Shown: positions 39,641-53,130, numbered from the stretch's first letter. The stretch: 64,000 bases of DNA from Mobula hypostoma (GCF_963921235.1 NC_086097.1:37760001-37824000); one strand, 5' to 3'. Program-made: numbers and translations. Notes: generated from the letters alone by a model not told the origin.

Positions 39641-40277
39641 CTTAGGATTGGACATAGGGAGCAGACCTTTTTTCTGTAGTGATTGAGTTTTTTAAAAAAT
39701 TATCTAAGTGTTCTAATAGGCTGTTGTCCCTGTATAGAATGCAATAAAACTCAGCTTATCTGCTCTCTTGTTTTTTGGAAATTCTGATGGTGTTTCCTGC
39801 ACCTTCTTTAAACTTATTTGGGCCCAATTTCTCCTTAAACTTACCAGGACCCACTATCCCGTGCCTTTTTGTCGTCTCACCTCGGCTTCCTCCCCATACT
39901 TCCTTTGTAATACCTTAAATAACATGAATTTAAAATATAAAGAAGAAATATTAGGAATAACATCCAATTGTCCAGCTTTGCCAAAATACCAGGGATGCAA
40001 AAATATAACACCATAAGATATAGGAGAAGAATTAGGCCATTTGGTCCAGAAAACATGCTCCATCATTTAATTATGCCTGATCATTTTCAACCTCATTCTC
40101 CCACCTCCTCCCCAAAATCCTTAAACCCTTATCAATTTGTGCCTTAAATATGTATCAGTTTTACTGTACCAACTTATACCCTGTAAAATTAAGTTGAACT
40201 TACAATTTATATTTAATTAAATGGATAAAATATGAAGCAACTCTGAATATAAAATTCAGAGTAAACTAACTGCATAC

Positions 40278-40452
40278 CTGCTATCTTGTTCTTGAGATTG
40301 CATTAAACTATGCACATTCCGAGTATTTCCACTTTGCTGTTTCATGTAAGGAAATGGGTAGTTTGCTCCACTTTTCAATTGTTTGCAAATAATGTCTGGT
40401 TGCACATTTTGAGTGTTGAGCAAGTTCCCTCCCAAATGTTTGTGTCTCCTGT
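40278..40452 (-). CDS. LRRC9: LRRC9-like coding exon (C-terminal tail)
   Basis: atattgcag|...|gtatgc, 175 bp, phase 1 to 2. Open in the required phase: NRRHKHLGGNLLNTQNVQPDIICKQLKSGANYPFPYMKQQSGNTRNVHSLMQSQEQDS(R). Confidence 0.68.
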
Positions 40453-42007
40453 CTGCAATATTATATGAAAAAAATTGATATATTGCAGGTTACTTTAATT
40501 ATGATAACCTGCAAATCTGAACCATATACTAGAGCATAAATTTTTTGCACACTAATCTTTATTATCTGAGTTCTTTATGAAAAGGAATCACCATCATTGT
40601 GATTATTTCTTCAAAAGATTAAATGATGTAAAATAGGCTCAAAACTACATGTCAATTCTACACCCAGTTCTTATAAAATTTGGGAATATATTTATTTTAG
40701 GCTGTACAAAGAATCAATTTTCTACCCCAAAAACAATCATTCGATTTTCCGAATGAGATTCAGCACTTTCATCAATCCAAGCTTCAGTCACATTATTCTG
40801 ATCCACTATCCAAACATTTTTAATCACAGTAAATATACTACAAGTGCGTTAAAAATATCTTTTTTAAAACTGATAGCACAAGGGCTGCACCTGGATGAAT
40901 AATAAAGCATGCTGTCAGTAATCAAATTGGATGAAGCAATGTCTTACTTCAAGTTTGAAACTTGCTAAAAGATTCCCTAGTGAAATTGGCAATTTCACTT
41001 CAGAGAAGTGGGCCTTCTAATCCAGAATGCAACAATGCATCAAACATCTTTGCATGTGACCATAGCAGTTGTCTGATTAAACGTGTTAAATAAAACAAAG
41101 TGCATATCATGTAGATATCATCCTTGATATAGTGCATGTTAATTGTACATCAGCCTATAAATTCATGGCTACTTGCAGAGCTGTGTTAATCAGTTGCAGC
41201 ACCACAACAATGTCAAAGTGGTGCCCAGAACCAATGCAGATTGTGGAAAGAATGTGTGATGTTTTATTTGGAGAAGAACTTTGAGGTGGATCTGTTCCCA
41301 TTTTCAGATTGAAACACTACAGTTTGCAATTATCTAAGTTAACGTATTACACAGCTAGCCCCCTTGAGAACAGTGGCATAACTTCAAATAGAAGGCACTG
41401 CAGCTACATTAAAGATGAGTGTTAATCAGCAGTGACAGAGGCCCCTATGGCCATGGCTACAATGTGAAAACTATCTGCTGAATAATAGGCTGCTAAACTC
41501 TCTCAGCATATGTCTGGCAAATTTCAATAAGTATTATTAGATTAGTATAGTGTCAGACCAAAAGTTTACTTAACGAGTGGTTGTTTCTATTCAAATCATG
41601 ATGTACATTAAATAAATTTCACAGCACGGGGCTCTTGGGCGGGAATAAAAAATGAATACTTTAAAAACAACTTGAAATATTTAATGTCTACAAGAGAAAT
41701 TGTAGTTGGAGAAAATTAAATGGTGATTTAAAATATGATCAAAGAAATAGTTTGTAGGCTAGAAGTGGTGAGAAAGGCACAAAGTTCATGGTTTCACTTA
41801 TTAAAGTTTTCATTGCTGAAATTATCTGCTTCACAAGATAATTATCTGTCTTTGAGAATTGTTATGTGATTTTAGTGTGAACATTCAACGTTTTGGCATA
41901 ATTGACGAGAACAAATATATAAATGAATTTATGTATTGCTTCATAATCCAATAACTTGTACAGCCTGTTGTTTAAGACAAAAAGAACAATGCAGTAGAAC
42001 TTCTTAC

Positions 42008-42185
42008 TTTTGGTTGTTTCCTGTGGTGCTGAGTTTCCACAACCATGAGGGAGATTACACTCTGGTGCAGTTAAAGGATTCAACCCTCTTGTAAGACTAC
42101 CTGGTGCCCGCAGAGTACTTGGATTCATCAATAATGGCATAATTACAGATAACCCTGGTTCAATGGCAGGTTTCAAAGGTGCTAC
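42008..42185 (-). CDS. LRRC9: LRRC9-like coding exon (Pro-rich C-terminal tail)
   Basis: ttttgattaaaag|...|gtaag, 178 bp, phase 0 to 1. VAPLKPAIEPGLSVIMPLLMNPSTLRAPGSLTRGLNPLTAPECNLPHGCGNSAPQETTK; phase matches both neighbours. Confidence 0.7.
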
Positions 42186-42858
42186 CTTTTAATCAAAACA
42201 GAGCAATAACACAATGAAAATGGATATATACTGATATCTATAATTGAACTACAACTGATCCTTGTGGTCTTTCTTCTTTCTCATATATTTTTGTAATATG
42301 CTCCATGGCTATGGACTGGCTTCCATGTGCAAATTAATAATAGCTTGTTTAGGCTCTCCATGAACTCAAGTGTCATTGGGCATAAAGCTAAACAATGAAG
42401 AGAATGGAATCATTTTATCATTTTGAGGTTTGATTATTATCTTCAACAGTAAATTAAGCCCATTATAAATTATGTTACCCATATCTTATCATTGGTTACA
42501 ATATCCTATTTGACCTACTTTGACCACCAAAGCCTAAATACCTTAGATATAAAAATCCTGATCCTGTTACTTAAACCCTCTCATGTTTTCATCCCTCCAA
42601 ATATTTTTAATCTTTTCAAGGCTATGATGTTCCATATACAGGGTCTCATCCAGAAATAACATACATCCCTCTGCCTCCATAGATACAGCCTAACTTGCCT
42701 AATTCCTGCAACAGTTTGATTTCGCTACAATGTCTGCCTTATACTCTCAATTTCTCAGACAACTTCCTGTTATTTTCACTTTAGTTATTAAAGCTTCAGT
42801 CCAGTACAAAAAATCAAATTAATGAATCCCCGAGTTTAGTTAGAATTATTATTACTGG

Positions 42859-43164
42859 GGCCGGCTGGTGGCACAATGATATCAGCGCTGGACTCTAGAA
42901 CGGAGGTTCCCGGGTTCGAACCCAGTCAGGTCCGCTTCCGAGTACACTTTCCATCCATGCCGGGTTGAGTGTCGAGATTGCAACTCGACCTCGTAAAATA
43001 AAGGGAAAAATACTGCAAAATGTCTGTGTGGGGAGTGGTGCGCCACACAGTCTCTCTCTCTCTCGCTCCGTGCCTTGTAAAGGCATGAAAAAGACATTGT
43101 CCCGCCAACATCGCACATGCACGGACGCACACATGCAGACGAACACACACACACCAAAAAAAAA
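42859..43164 (+). mobile_element. Young tRNA-derived SINE with A tail and 15-bp TSD
   Basis: A box tggcacaatg, B box ggttcgaaccc and (CA)n plus poly-A tail. TSD aattattattactgg at 42844-42858 and 43165-43179. Confidence 0.88.
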
Positions 43165-43629
43165 AATTATTATTACTGGTCAGTAGAAATTATCTTAAAT
43201 ATACATGAAAAGCAGTTTCAGAAAATAATGTGCAGAAGCAATATAAAACAATTTTGGTGGATTCTGCAACATGTTGCAATATCCATTGCTTATCCTTCTC
43301 CACACTCCCATTTTATTGTCTGCCGCACAGGATAGAAGATGACTTACTTCCAATACAGTTCAACGGGTATTAAAGTGGTAGATGACGCTAACTAATATGG
43401 AATGTATAGATTCTGCAACAGATTGGACCAGAACTGTTCGGTAGTTAGTTTGAGAGGTGATGTTCACTATTTACCTGTGCTTCTGTGAACTAATCATTGG
43501 ACCTAAGGTTCTCAATTCCACTCCAAAATTTCTTCTGCACTTCCACTTCAAGAAAACATATCTTAGGGTTCCCTTATGTCAGTGGGGATGTTGTCCTTTA
43601 TCAAAGAGGCACAGAGATCATCTTTGAAC

Positions 43630-44360
43630 CTTTTCAAGTTCAAGTTCAATTATCATTCAACCATACAAGAATACCCATGAATACAGCCAAACGAAAGTGT
43701 TAATCTGTGGCCAAGGTGCGAAACACAATACCAAAAGTCATACATATCACAACAGATATAGCACATACAAGGCAGCAGTAAAATACAGTCACACACAAAA
43801 AAAAAACAGTGCAAGTCCCTGAGTCAATGAATGTTGAAGCAATTGAACACAATGCAAATTGTCTTCTGCCAAGCTTACACTAGGGGGTGGGGGCAATACC
43901 AACTTCAGCATGGACGCCACGCCACACCACCTCCAGCACTCCAGGTGGAGTACCTGACTCCGACACCTCCCCTTGGGCAGCTGCAATCAAGCGACACTAC
44001 AGTCTGAGGCCTAGTCCTTGTCTCAACTGAGGCCATGCAGCTCCCCCGCCATTCACCAAAACTCAATGAATTGGAGCTGCAGCATTCCATACCACCAATG
44101 TCCACCAAGTGACTAAGACAGTCACTTGCTGTTAGACTGCACACCTCCTTCGCAAACCGATGCCTCTCTGTCGCAGGCAACATCATGGTCAGCACCAAGT
44201 CCAGCTCTTTCAGTTTCTCAGCCAACAAGCAATTTGCTGATGGGGTAAACCTGCAGAACATTAAGTTCTTCATGTTCAGCAGGGTGTTTTGATATGTTTA
44301 AAAAAACTCAGTAACATCTTTGGTTGACCCTGTAGAAGCTGCTGCATCAGAGCACTCCAC
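43630..44360 (-). repeat. Interspersed repeat with (TTGAAC)n LINE-type tail, unclassified
   Basis: ttcaagttcaagttcaattatcattcaaccatac at the left end resembles a minus-strand LINE/SINE tail; higher GC than the flanks. Confidence 0.4.
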
Positions 44361-44567
44361 CATCTTCCTTTGTATACCTGCTAAGTTCTTGTGTAATGGA
44401 GCTTGGAGCAAAGCATTTCTGACAGAAGTACGTTTTTGGCACACAAATGACATGGCTTGTCCAGTAGAATTATCCACATACATTGATTCACTTATCCTGC
44501 TAATGGGTTGGAGGATCTTGCAAAATGGCTTTAGTGGTATCTCTCAGGTATCTAGTAAAGGAAGGCC

Positions 44568-44600
44568 CTGACGAAGGGTTCCGGCCCGAAACGTTGACTG
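44568..44600 (+). ncRNA. Minimal type I hammerhead ribozyme motif within a Penelope-derived repeat (about 44565-44690)
   Basis: CTGACGA-A-GGGT(TCCG)GCCC-GAA-ACGT-T-gactg: intact catalytic boxes, stem II and palindromic ACGT stem III. The usual 5' stem I strand (cagtc) is replaced by ggcc. Confidence 0.65.
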
Positions 44601-45579
44601 ATCGTTTCCACAGATGCTGCCCGACCTGCTGAGTTACTCCAGTGTGTTGTGAGTGTTGCTTGGACCCCAGCATCTGCAGAGTATTTTGTGATCGTGAAGG
44701 AGGGACAAGATCACTGCTGCCTGGCAGATCCAAACGAGGTTTATGCTAGGCCTGAATACCTTCTTTCCCCCTCAGAAAGCCAAAAGCTGTGTGGCGCATT
44801 ACAGATAAATCACAACTCTGTCAGGGCCTACGTAGTGCTGTGGCTCCAAAGTTATGTGTCTACTTAATACAGTGTTAACATTTTTGTTCTTGAGAAAGAT
44901 TTGAATACAAGTTTAATGCTGGAATTGCTTGCAACACACTCTTAGTTTTTCACTTTGCAGTTCATAAAGTATGTTAAGGTGCGGATGTCAGTAGAGATAA
45001 AGATACTAGTGACAGAGAATGAGTGAAAGAAAAATGGAATCAGAGATACAGAGAGGTACAGGAAGAAAGAATAAAGTAGAAGCCTTAGTTCTCACTTTAA
45101 ATTTGTTGCTCATTACATGAGCCAAATGAATGCTATTCAGGGAAGCACAAAGATTTTGATTATGATCTTTGGGAAATTTAATGTCTTACAACAGAACAAA
45201 GTACAGGATTGCAAGCACTCTGCTGAAATATATTTTTCTCTTTGATAGGGCTGAATACAAAGAATTGGCTTCTGCTGATCCTTCAGTATGTATTTTCATT
45301 AGCAAAGTTGGTAGTGATGAAAATTGGAGTTCATAGCAGATTGAATGCCACACTAATGATATTCACAAAATATCAAATAATATTTACAGAAATCAAATTT
45401 GATTTTAAATGTAGTTAAACAATAAGAATATCATAAAAATAGTATCTGATTTTACTGCATAACATAGGTAATCATATTGTGTTCTACGAATGCAACCACC
45501 CCCATAGTTCTCTGTGAACAATATCAGTAAAGATCTTCTAATATACAGAATATATTCTAAATATATAGAAAACTCTTAC

Positions 45580-45705
45580 ATTATATTCGCACAGTACAAA
45601 TTCAGCTCTTTCCTTCTCATCTGTCGAGACTGGTACACCATCTAACACCTGGAGATTCATTAATCGAAACACAAGGAATGGACGGTATAAAATTTTTCGA
45701 GAGAC
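45580..45705 (-). CDS. LRRC9: LRRC9-like coding exon (LRR C-terminal cap)
   Basis: tatttccag|...|gtaag, 126 bp, phase 0 to 0. VSRKILYRPFLVFRLMNLQVLDGVPVSTDEKERAEFVLCEYN contains the LRRcap motif YRxxxxxxLxxLxxLD. Confidence 0.87.
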
Positions 45706-46085
45706 CTGGAAATAAATTTATGTTTAATTACACTAAAAAGTCTAATTTACTTCAGTACCCAGTGCCTTCAAACAGTATCTTCACAAAAGATACCAAGTGA
45801 GATACAGGGGATACATACCATGTCAAGCACACTTGGTATTTAATCTTAGCAATGTATATAGCAAAGTATAAATAAAGAGTTTCAAATCAGTAATTTGTTC
45901 CAGTGGAATTGCTGTAGATATTAATAAATCCAGTAAATCTTTGCATATTGTAGTAAATGATTACATGATTGCCACCTCAGCTAATGTAAGAGGGTTATAT
46001 AATAATGCACAAATCCATAATACAAAATGCATTACAGTATTGAACTTCCGTTCCGAGTTTCTGATATCAGATGAGGGAACCTCTG

Positions 46086-48294
46086 GAGTACTGTGTAAGT
46101 CTTTGGCACCCTAGATATTTTTTTACATAAATTATGTTTTAGGTGTTTAAGTTTTTTGTCTTCTGCATTAGTGTGTAAGAAGGAAAGAGGAAATTTTATA
46201 TTTCCAAGCATTCATTTTCCAAAAAAATTAAATGTTAGAGAATTTTTTTGTATTTTGTTAAAGAAAAGCTGACGCTCAAAGTAGCTGCGTAGGTTGACTC
46301 TGTGGTTAAGAAGGCGTACGGTGTATTGGCCTTCATTCATCATGGAATTGAATTTAGGAACTATATAGGACCCCGGTCAGACCCCACTTGGAGTACTCTG
46401 CTCAGTTCTGGACACCTCACTACAGGAAGGATGTGGAAGCCATAGAAAAGGTGCAGAGGAGATTTACAAGAATGTTGCCTGGATTAGGGAGCACCCTTAC
46501 AAAAACAGGTTTAGTGAACTTGGCCTTTTCTCCTTGGAGTGACGGAAGATGAGAGATGATCTGATAGAGGTGTATAAGATGATGAGAGGCATTGATCTCG
46601 TGGATAGTCAGAGACTTTTTCCCAGGGCTGAAATGGTTGCCACAAGAGGACACAGGTTTAAGGTGCTGGGGAGTAGGTACAGAGGTGTCAAGAGGTAAGT
46701 TTTTTTACTCAGAGAGTGGTGAGTGTGTGGAATGGGCTGCCAGCAACGGTGGTGGAGGTGGATATGATAGGGTCTTTTAAGAGACTTTTAGATAGGTACA
46801 TGGAGCTTAGTAAAATAGAGGACTAGAGGTAACCCTAGTAATTTCTAAGGTAGGGACATGCTCGGCACAACTTTCTGGGCCGAAGGGCCTGTATCGTGCT
46901 GTAGGTTTTCTATGTTTCTGCATCAAAACATCAAGTAATCGACCATTTTTCAAATAAAAATTTGATTACTTTGTAGGTACATGATTAAACAAAGATAACA
47001 AACAGGTACTAGTTATCAATGACATAATGAGCTGAATGAACTAAAGTGATTAACTGAACCAGAAACGGTGCAGAAAGATTCAAACTCGGTGAAGGATAAT
47101 CAAACTAAAAGGTGAGGGGGTGATAGATGTGACAATTCAACCTTCAAATCATCAATTCTTTAACCATGGCAAGAGTGAGCATTGCAACAAGACACAAGGT
47201 GGTCATCCTGCATTAGCAAGGTCTCTCCCAAGCAGAAATTTCACAGCAGACAGGAGTTTCAAAATGTGCTATCTGAGCTCTTCTGAAGACACACAAAGAA
47301 ATACGCAAGGTTGAGGACCATAAATACAGCAGATGGCCATGAAAACTGAGTGCAGCAGATGAGAAATCCAGACGAGATGATGTCCCTTCTAAATTGGAAG
47401 ATATCAGCTCTGAACCAGAAATCACTGGAACCCAAGTACACTTCTCTACAGTTCAGAGTCCATGAAGTGGTTTTCATGGAAGAGTTGCTGTCAAAAAGCC
47501 ACATCTCCAAAGTGCAAATAAAGCCAATTGAATCAGTTATGCACAAAAACACAAGAGCTGGGGTGTTGAATAATAACGGCAAATGCTCTGGCCTCAAAAA
47601 TCTAAATTGGAAATTTTTGGCTGAAACAGGAGGCAGTTTGGCCATAGAAGAATTGGAGAGCGCTACATGGACGAGTGTCTGCTGCTAATAGTGAAGCATA
47701 GCAGAGGTTCCCTGCAGGTTTGGGGCTGCATTTCTACAAATGGAGTTGATCTGGTCAGAATTAATGGAATCCTCAATGCTGAGAAGTACAAACAGATTCT
47801 CATCCATCATGTAATACCATCAGTAAGGCGTCTGATCAGTGTCAACTTCATTCTGCTGCAGGACCATGATCCCAAACACACAGTGAAGGTCATAAAGAAC
47901 TACCTTCAGTGAAAAGAAGAACAATGAGTTCTGCAACAGATGCTGTAGCCTCCAGAGCCTTGATCTCAACATCACTGAGACCACGGAGAGATAGAAGCAA
48001 ATGAGACAGCCAAGCTCTGTAAAAGATCTGTGGCAAGTTCTCCCAAGATGCTTAAAACAACGAACCAGCCATTTTCTTCTAAAACTGCACAACAGTGTAC
48101 CTAAGAGAACTGATGCAGTTTTAAAGGTAAAGACTAGTCACACTGAATATTGATTTGATTTAGTTTTTCACTTTTTTCTGATCTTTATAATTTTTTTTGA
48201 TATTGAGAATCTTTTCATTTCTTTATTTTTGAAAGCATCTTAGCTTTACAGAATATTTTTTTACCTGTCCCTAAGACTTTTGCAAAGTACTCTA
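46086..48294 (+). mobile_element. Degenerate Tc1 transposon interrupted by a CR1
   Basis: TIR remnants gagtactgtgtaagtctttggcacc and ccctaagacttttgcaaagtactc. Transposase MARVSIATRHKVVILH (47166) ... VKH..GSLQVWGCIS...LQDHDPKHT. Confidence 0.85.
46285..46920 (+). mobile_element. CR1 3' fragment inserted in Tc1
   Basis: VVKKAYGVLAFI...RPHLEYSAQFW.PHYRKDVEA; 3' UTR nearly the same as 13235-13720. Confidence 0.9.
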
Positions 48295-48399
48295 CAATAG
48301 CTTCAGTGTCTGGAGCTAAGCTGAATTGCTAGGTAGTAATGTCATTGAAATATAATTCATTGCTTCATTTTGATAAATACTCAGAAGCCACATCATCAG

Positions 48400-48605
48400 G
48401 TACATCTGTACACTTGCTTGTTAATGCCAATACCTAATCAGCCAAACATGTGGCAGCAACTCAATGCAGACATGGTCAAGATATTCAGTTGTTGTTTAGA
48501 CCAAACATCAGGATGGGTAAGAGATGTGATCTAAGTGATTTTGACGATGGAGTAACTGTTGGCGCCAGATGAGGTGATTTGAGTGTCTGAGAAATTGCTG
48601 ATCTC
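48400..48605 (+). mobile_element. Tc1-derived element fragment, continuing at about 52885-52940 after the L1 insertion
   Basis: MGKRCDLSDFDDGVTVGAR.GDLSV.EIADL|PGLPSTTVLRVYRE is a Tc1 N-terminal HTH split exactly at the L1 TSD. Confidence 0.75.
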
Positions 48606-51600
48606 AGAAGGTCTCTTGATATGTGGGGGAGACTTAAATTTACAATTACAACCAAAATTAGACTCTTCCAATAGGAAAACTTGTGAAACAAAGTCCTTAC
48701 ATAAGAAAGGTAACACTCTTTTTGAGGATGTTGGACTAGTTGATATATGGAGGGACCTTTTCCCCGATAGAAGGGATTACACTCATTATTCTGCCCCCCA
48801 TTCTGTATATACAAGAATAGACTATTTCATAACATTTGGAAAAGATAGAGACAAAATAATCACCTGTGGAATTGGGACAATAGATGTAAGTGACCATGCA
48901 CCTATATATTTAACTGTTGATTTTGACCTACAACCAAAGAATACTATTTGGAAACTAAATTCAAGTCTACTCAATGATCCCTATTTTAAGGAACAAATTA
49001 AAAGAGAGATTGGTCTTTACTTAGAATTCAATGATAGTGGAGAGGTTTCACCTCCCATTCTATGGGATACTCTGAAGGCTGTCTTAAGAGGGAAAATTAT
49101 AGCGATATCTTCATAGAAAAAAATAAGGAATACAACATTAGAGGAATTACAAAATAAGCTGAAGGAACTAGAAAAAAAACACAAATTGAGTTTGGCACAG
49201 GATACACTAGAGGAAATTTTAAAAGTTAGGAATGAAATTAATAGTTTGGCTACACAAGAACTTAGAAAAAAACTAATGATGAAGCAGAGACACTACGAAA
49301 GTGGATCTAAATCTGAAAATACTGGTGTGGAAACTGAAAAAAAAGATAGCAGAAAATACAATTCATAGAATTAGGGATGCAAGAACAAAAGTGATAAAAA
49401 AATAACTGTAAGGGGGTTTCATCTTTTATGTTACCGTGTAGGCTAATTAAAATGGCTTCTTTGTTATGTTAAACGCTGAGAAAGTTCTTGTGCTGGTGGT
49501 TTGTTTTGGATTATCTACTGATAAGAGGACAAATGAACCAATTGGGTTAGTTGTTATGCTTGTGGGGTGTCTGTAAGAGATTGTATGTGTGGGGTTTTGG
49601 GGGGAGAAGGCGGGAGAGAGAGACAGAGGATGGACCAGGTACTGCGAGTCCGCTAACGGGGTCAGACCCCAAGGAGGACGTTCAGCAAGGAGAGGAGATG
49701 GAGACGGACTCGTGTGGAGTGTCTGGTCGACCACCGTTGTTGGTCCCAGGCGGCCGGTCGAGGTGGTCCGAGGGGTCGCAGGGTGAAGAAGAAGGGTCCT
49801 GAGCTCCAACTGTTTGTGCATGAAGAGATTGAACTTTGATAAGTGTGGCGCCTTTTATTTTCCTTTTATATTTTATTCTCTATTAATTATATAGTTCCAG
49901 TAATATCTATAAACTGTAAATTATTTAATTATATCTGGTGTATTGTTTGTTATTTGGGCGGGGTGGGGTACATCACACAGCATCCACACAAACTAATTAC
50001 CCAGTTTGGCGGGGCTGAGGGCTGTTTCCCTAGACGACAGCGAGCCAAGTGACCCTGAGGGTGGCCAGAGGGGCTACATAAGCTAAGTGAAATTCATGAA
50101 GCTTTTGAAATGTTTTACAAAACTCTATATTCCAAAGTTCCAGGGAGAAACTTAACCCAAATTGACACCTTCCTGAATTCTTTAGAGTTACCCACTTCAA
50201 GCAAAGAACAAAATAGAAAGATGACTGCTGACATAACTGAAGCTGAACTAAAAATTGCAATTAGTAGGCTTAAATTAAGCGAGTCACCAGGATCAGATGG
50301 ATATACGGCAGAGTGGTATAAAGAGTTTAGAAGTGAGTTAATCCCTGTTTTACTCCCCACACTGAACTGGGCCCTGAGAAAGGCACAAATGTTACCCAGA
50401 AGGAGGCAATAGTCTCAGCTACACCGAAAGAAGGCAAGGATAAAATGGAATGTGGGTCATTTAGACCAATATCAGTTCTTAATATGGATTATAGAATATC
50501 TATCTCCATCATAGCCAAACGATTAGAAGAGTTTCTACCCACACTGATACATAATGATCAGACAGGTTTCATACAACAACGCCAAACACAAGAAACTATA
50601 CAAAGGACACTTCAAATTATGGATCATATAAAAAAAATGAAATTGAAGCAATAGTGATAAGCGTAGACGCTGAAAAGGCATTTGATTTGGTTAATTGGAA
50701 TTTTCTTTACAGAATTTTACATAGATTTGGTCTACATGACACAATTATTAAAACTATACAGGCACTAAACGACAATCCTACTGCCAGGATTAAAATCAAT
50801 GGATATTTATCAAATAGTTTTATTCTAGAAAGGGGCACAAGACAGGGTTGTGCATGGTCACTGCTACTCTTCGCATTATATCTGGAACCATTAGCTCAAT
50901 ACATCAGACAAAATGATATCAGGGGAATTATTATTAAAGGGGCAGAGCATAAATTGGCCTGTTACGCGGATGACACTTTGATCTATCTAGGGCAACCAAC
51001 AGACTCTTTACCTAAATTGATGCAATGCTTTGAACAATATGGCCAATTATCAGGATACAAGGTCAACATAGATAAAACCCAACTATTTTTATATAACTAT
51101 AGCTCACCAAGAGAAATTGAAAGAAGATATCCCTGGGCATGGCAAACAGAGTCCGTCAAATATTTGGGCATCATTATGCCAAAAGATTTGGCAAAATTAT
51201 TAGAATGCAATTATCAGCCAATATATAAAAAAAATTAAGGAAGATATAGCAAGGTGGAACCTAATTCCTTTACTTGGTCTCAGTTCAAGGATTGAATCTA
51301 TTAAAATGAATTTACTGCCCAGACTACTATATCTCTTTCAGACCCTACCAATAGAGATTAACCAAGATCAATTCAATGAATGGAACAAGATGCTATCAAG
51401 ATATATATGGCAAGGTAAAAGGCCTAGGGTTCGTCTCAAAACTTTGCAAATAGCCAAGGAGAAGGGGGGTTGGGGCCTACCTTCTCTTAGAGATTATTAT
51501 TTTGCAGCACAGTTGAGAGCTGTGATGTGCTGGTGCAACCTATCATATGATGCTCAATGGAAAAACATTGAGGAGAGGATACTTTCCATCCTCCTACAGG

Positions 51601-52884
51601 CAATTTTGGCTGATAACAACCTACAAAGTTACCTAAATAATATTGACAACCCGTGGGTGAAATTGACTCTTAAAATGTGGAAAACTATTATAAAAGAATA
51701 TAAACTAGAGAGAGACATTGCAATTCTTAAATGGTGTGAATATGACTCGGATTTTACACCAAATAAACTAGATGCAAGATTTAAGGACTGGACAGCTAAA
51801 GGAATAACAGCTATTTGCAATATAATGAAAGATGGAACACTGTACAGTTTTGAAATGCTCAAAGAGAAACACTTAGTAGAAAAACAAGACTTTCACCGGT
51901 ATTTACAGATGCGACAGTATGTTAATAGGACAGTTAAAAATATAACCAAGGCAAGTACATGTCTGATAGAGCTGTTTAGAAAAGCATATAATTCAGACAA
52001 TGGTAGTAAAATCATTTCAAGCATGTATAGGGGTTTGTCAAATCTTAAAACACATTCGACTTCATACATTAAAACAAAATGGGAGAAGGAAGGAGGGATA
52101 ATAATATCTGAGGAAGGATGGACAATAATATGGAGGTATCAATGGAAGTGTACCAGTTCACAGAAATGGAGGGTTTGGGTGGAAAAACTTGATAAGATAT
52201 TTTATTACACCCTCTCAGAAATCCCATTATGATAGTAACCTCCCTGTTTGCTGGAGAAATTGTGGAAATCAAAATGCAAACCATTATCATATTTTCTGGG
52301 AATGCCCCATTATGAAAGACTATTGGAGTGGGATACACAATGCCCTACAAGACATCTTTAAATGTGAAATACCCTCAGAGAGTAAGATCATATATTTTGG
52401 GTATATACCTCAAGAATGGTTGAAAAGAGATAAATATTTAATGAATGTATTGCTGGTGGCTGGTAAAAAGACCCTTACCAGGAAATGGTTATCACAGGAG
52501 AGCCCAACTCTAAATGCATGGATGGAAATTACAATGGACATTTACAAAATGGAGAAGATAACAGCAACTGTTACTCATAAGTTGGAACAGTTTTATTCAT
52601 ACTGGAAAAAATAGTTTAACTACATAACACCTCATAGGCCTGATTTCATTCTCACAAGTCAATGAATATGTTGTAAAAAAAAGATCACCCCCTACTATGT
52701 ACAGAGTTTTCTTCTTTCGATTGTTCTTTCTTTCCTCTCCTTTCTGTAAGTGTATACCTCAGATAAATATTATGTGGAGATTTGTGACAAATATGGTTAT
52801 ATGATATATATGTACAGTATCTGAAATACATCTTATGGAAATGTTTGTTTGATGATGAAACTCAATAAAAGATAAATTTTTTAA
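48606..52884 (+). mobile_element. 5'-truncated L1 LINE (ORF2 EN-RT-Cys) with 14-bp TSD
   Basis: GGDLN, TRIDYF, SDHAP, WKLNSSLL, SPGSDG, FRPISVLN.D, DAEKAFD, RGTRQGC, YADD and CWRNC..HIFWEC; AATAAA near 52864. TSD aaattgctgatctc at 48592-48605 and 52885-52898. Confidence 0.95.
49407..50078. mobile_element. Solo LTR (672 bp, probably Gypsy) inserted in L1 ORF2
   Basis: TGTA...TACA termini; flanks taac and taag (4-bp TSD with one mismatch); L1 coding sequence resumes on both sides. Confidence 0.8.
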
Positions 52885-52974
52885 AAATTGCTGATCTCCC
52901 GGGACTTCCAAGCACAACAGTCTTGAGAGTTTACAGAGTGACAGTTCTGTTTTGAATGCTTGTGAGTGACTGTG

Positions 52975-53130
52975 AGATTTAGAACATGTAAAAGACATTT
53001 GGATAAATACATGGACAAGTGGGGTTTAGAGGGACTTGGGCCAAATGCAGGCAAACGGGACTCGCCTGGTTGGCATGGATGAGTTAGGCCAAGGGGCCTG
53101 TTTCCTTGTTGTATTACTCTAGGACTCTAT
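52975..53130 (+). mobile_element. CR1 3' end fragment
   Basis: taaaagacatttggataaatacatgga...ggccaaggggcctgtttcc...actcta. Confidence 0.65.

Noticed and set aside
42859..42933. tRNA gene
   Set aside because: It is the head of a TSD-flanked, A-tailed SINE; the cloverleaf is imperfect.
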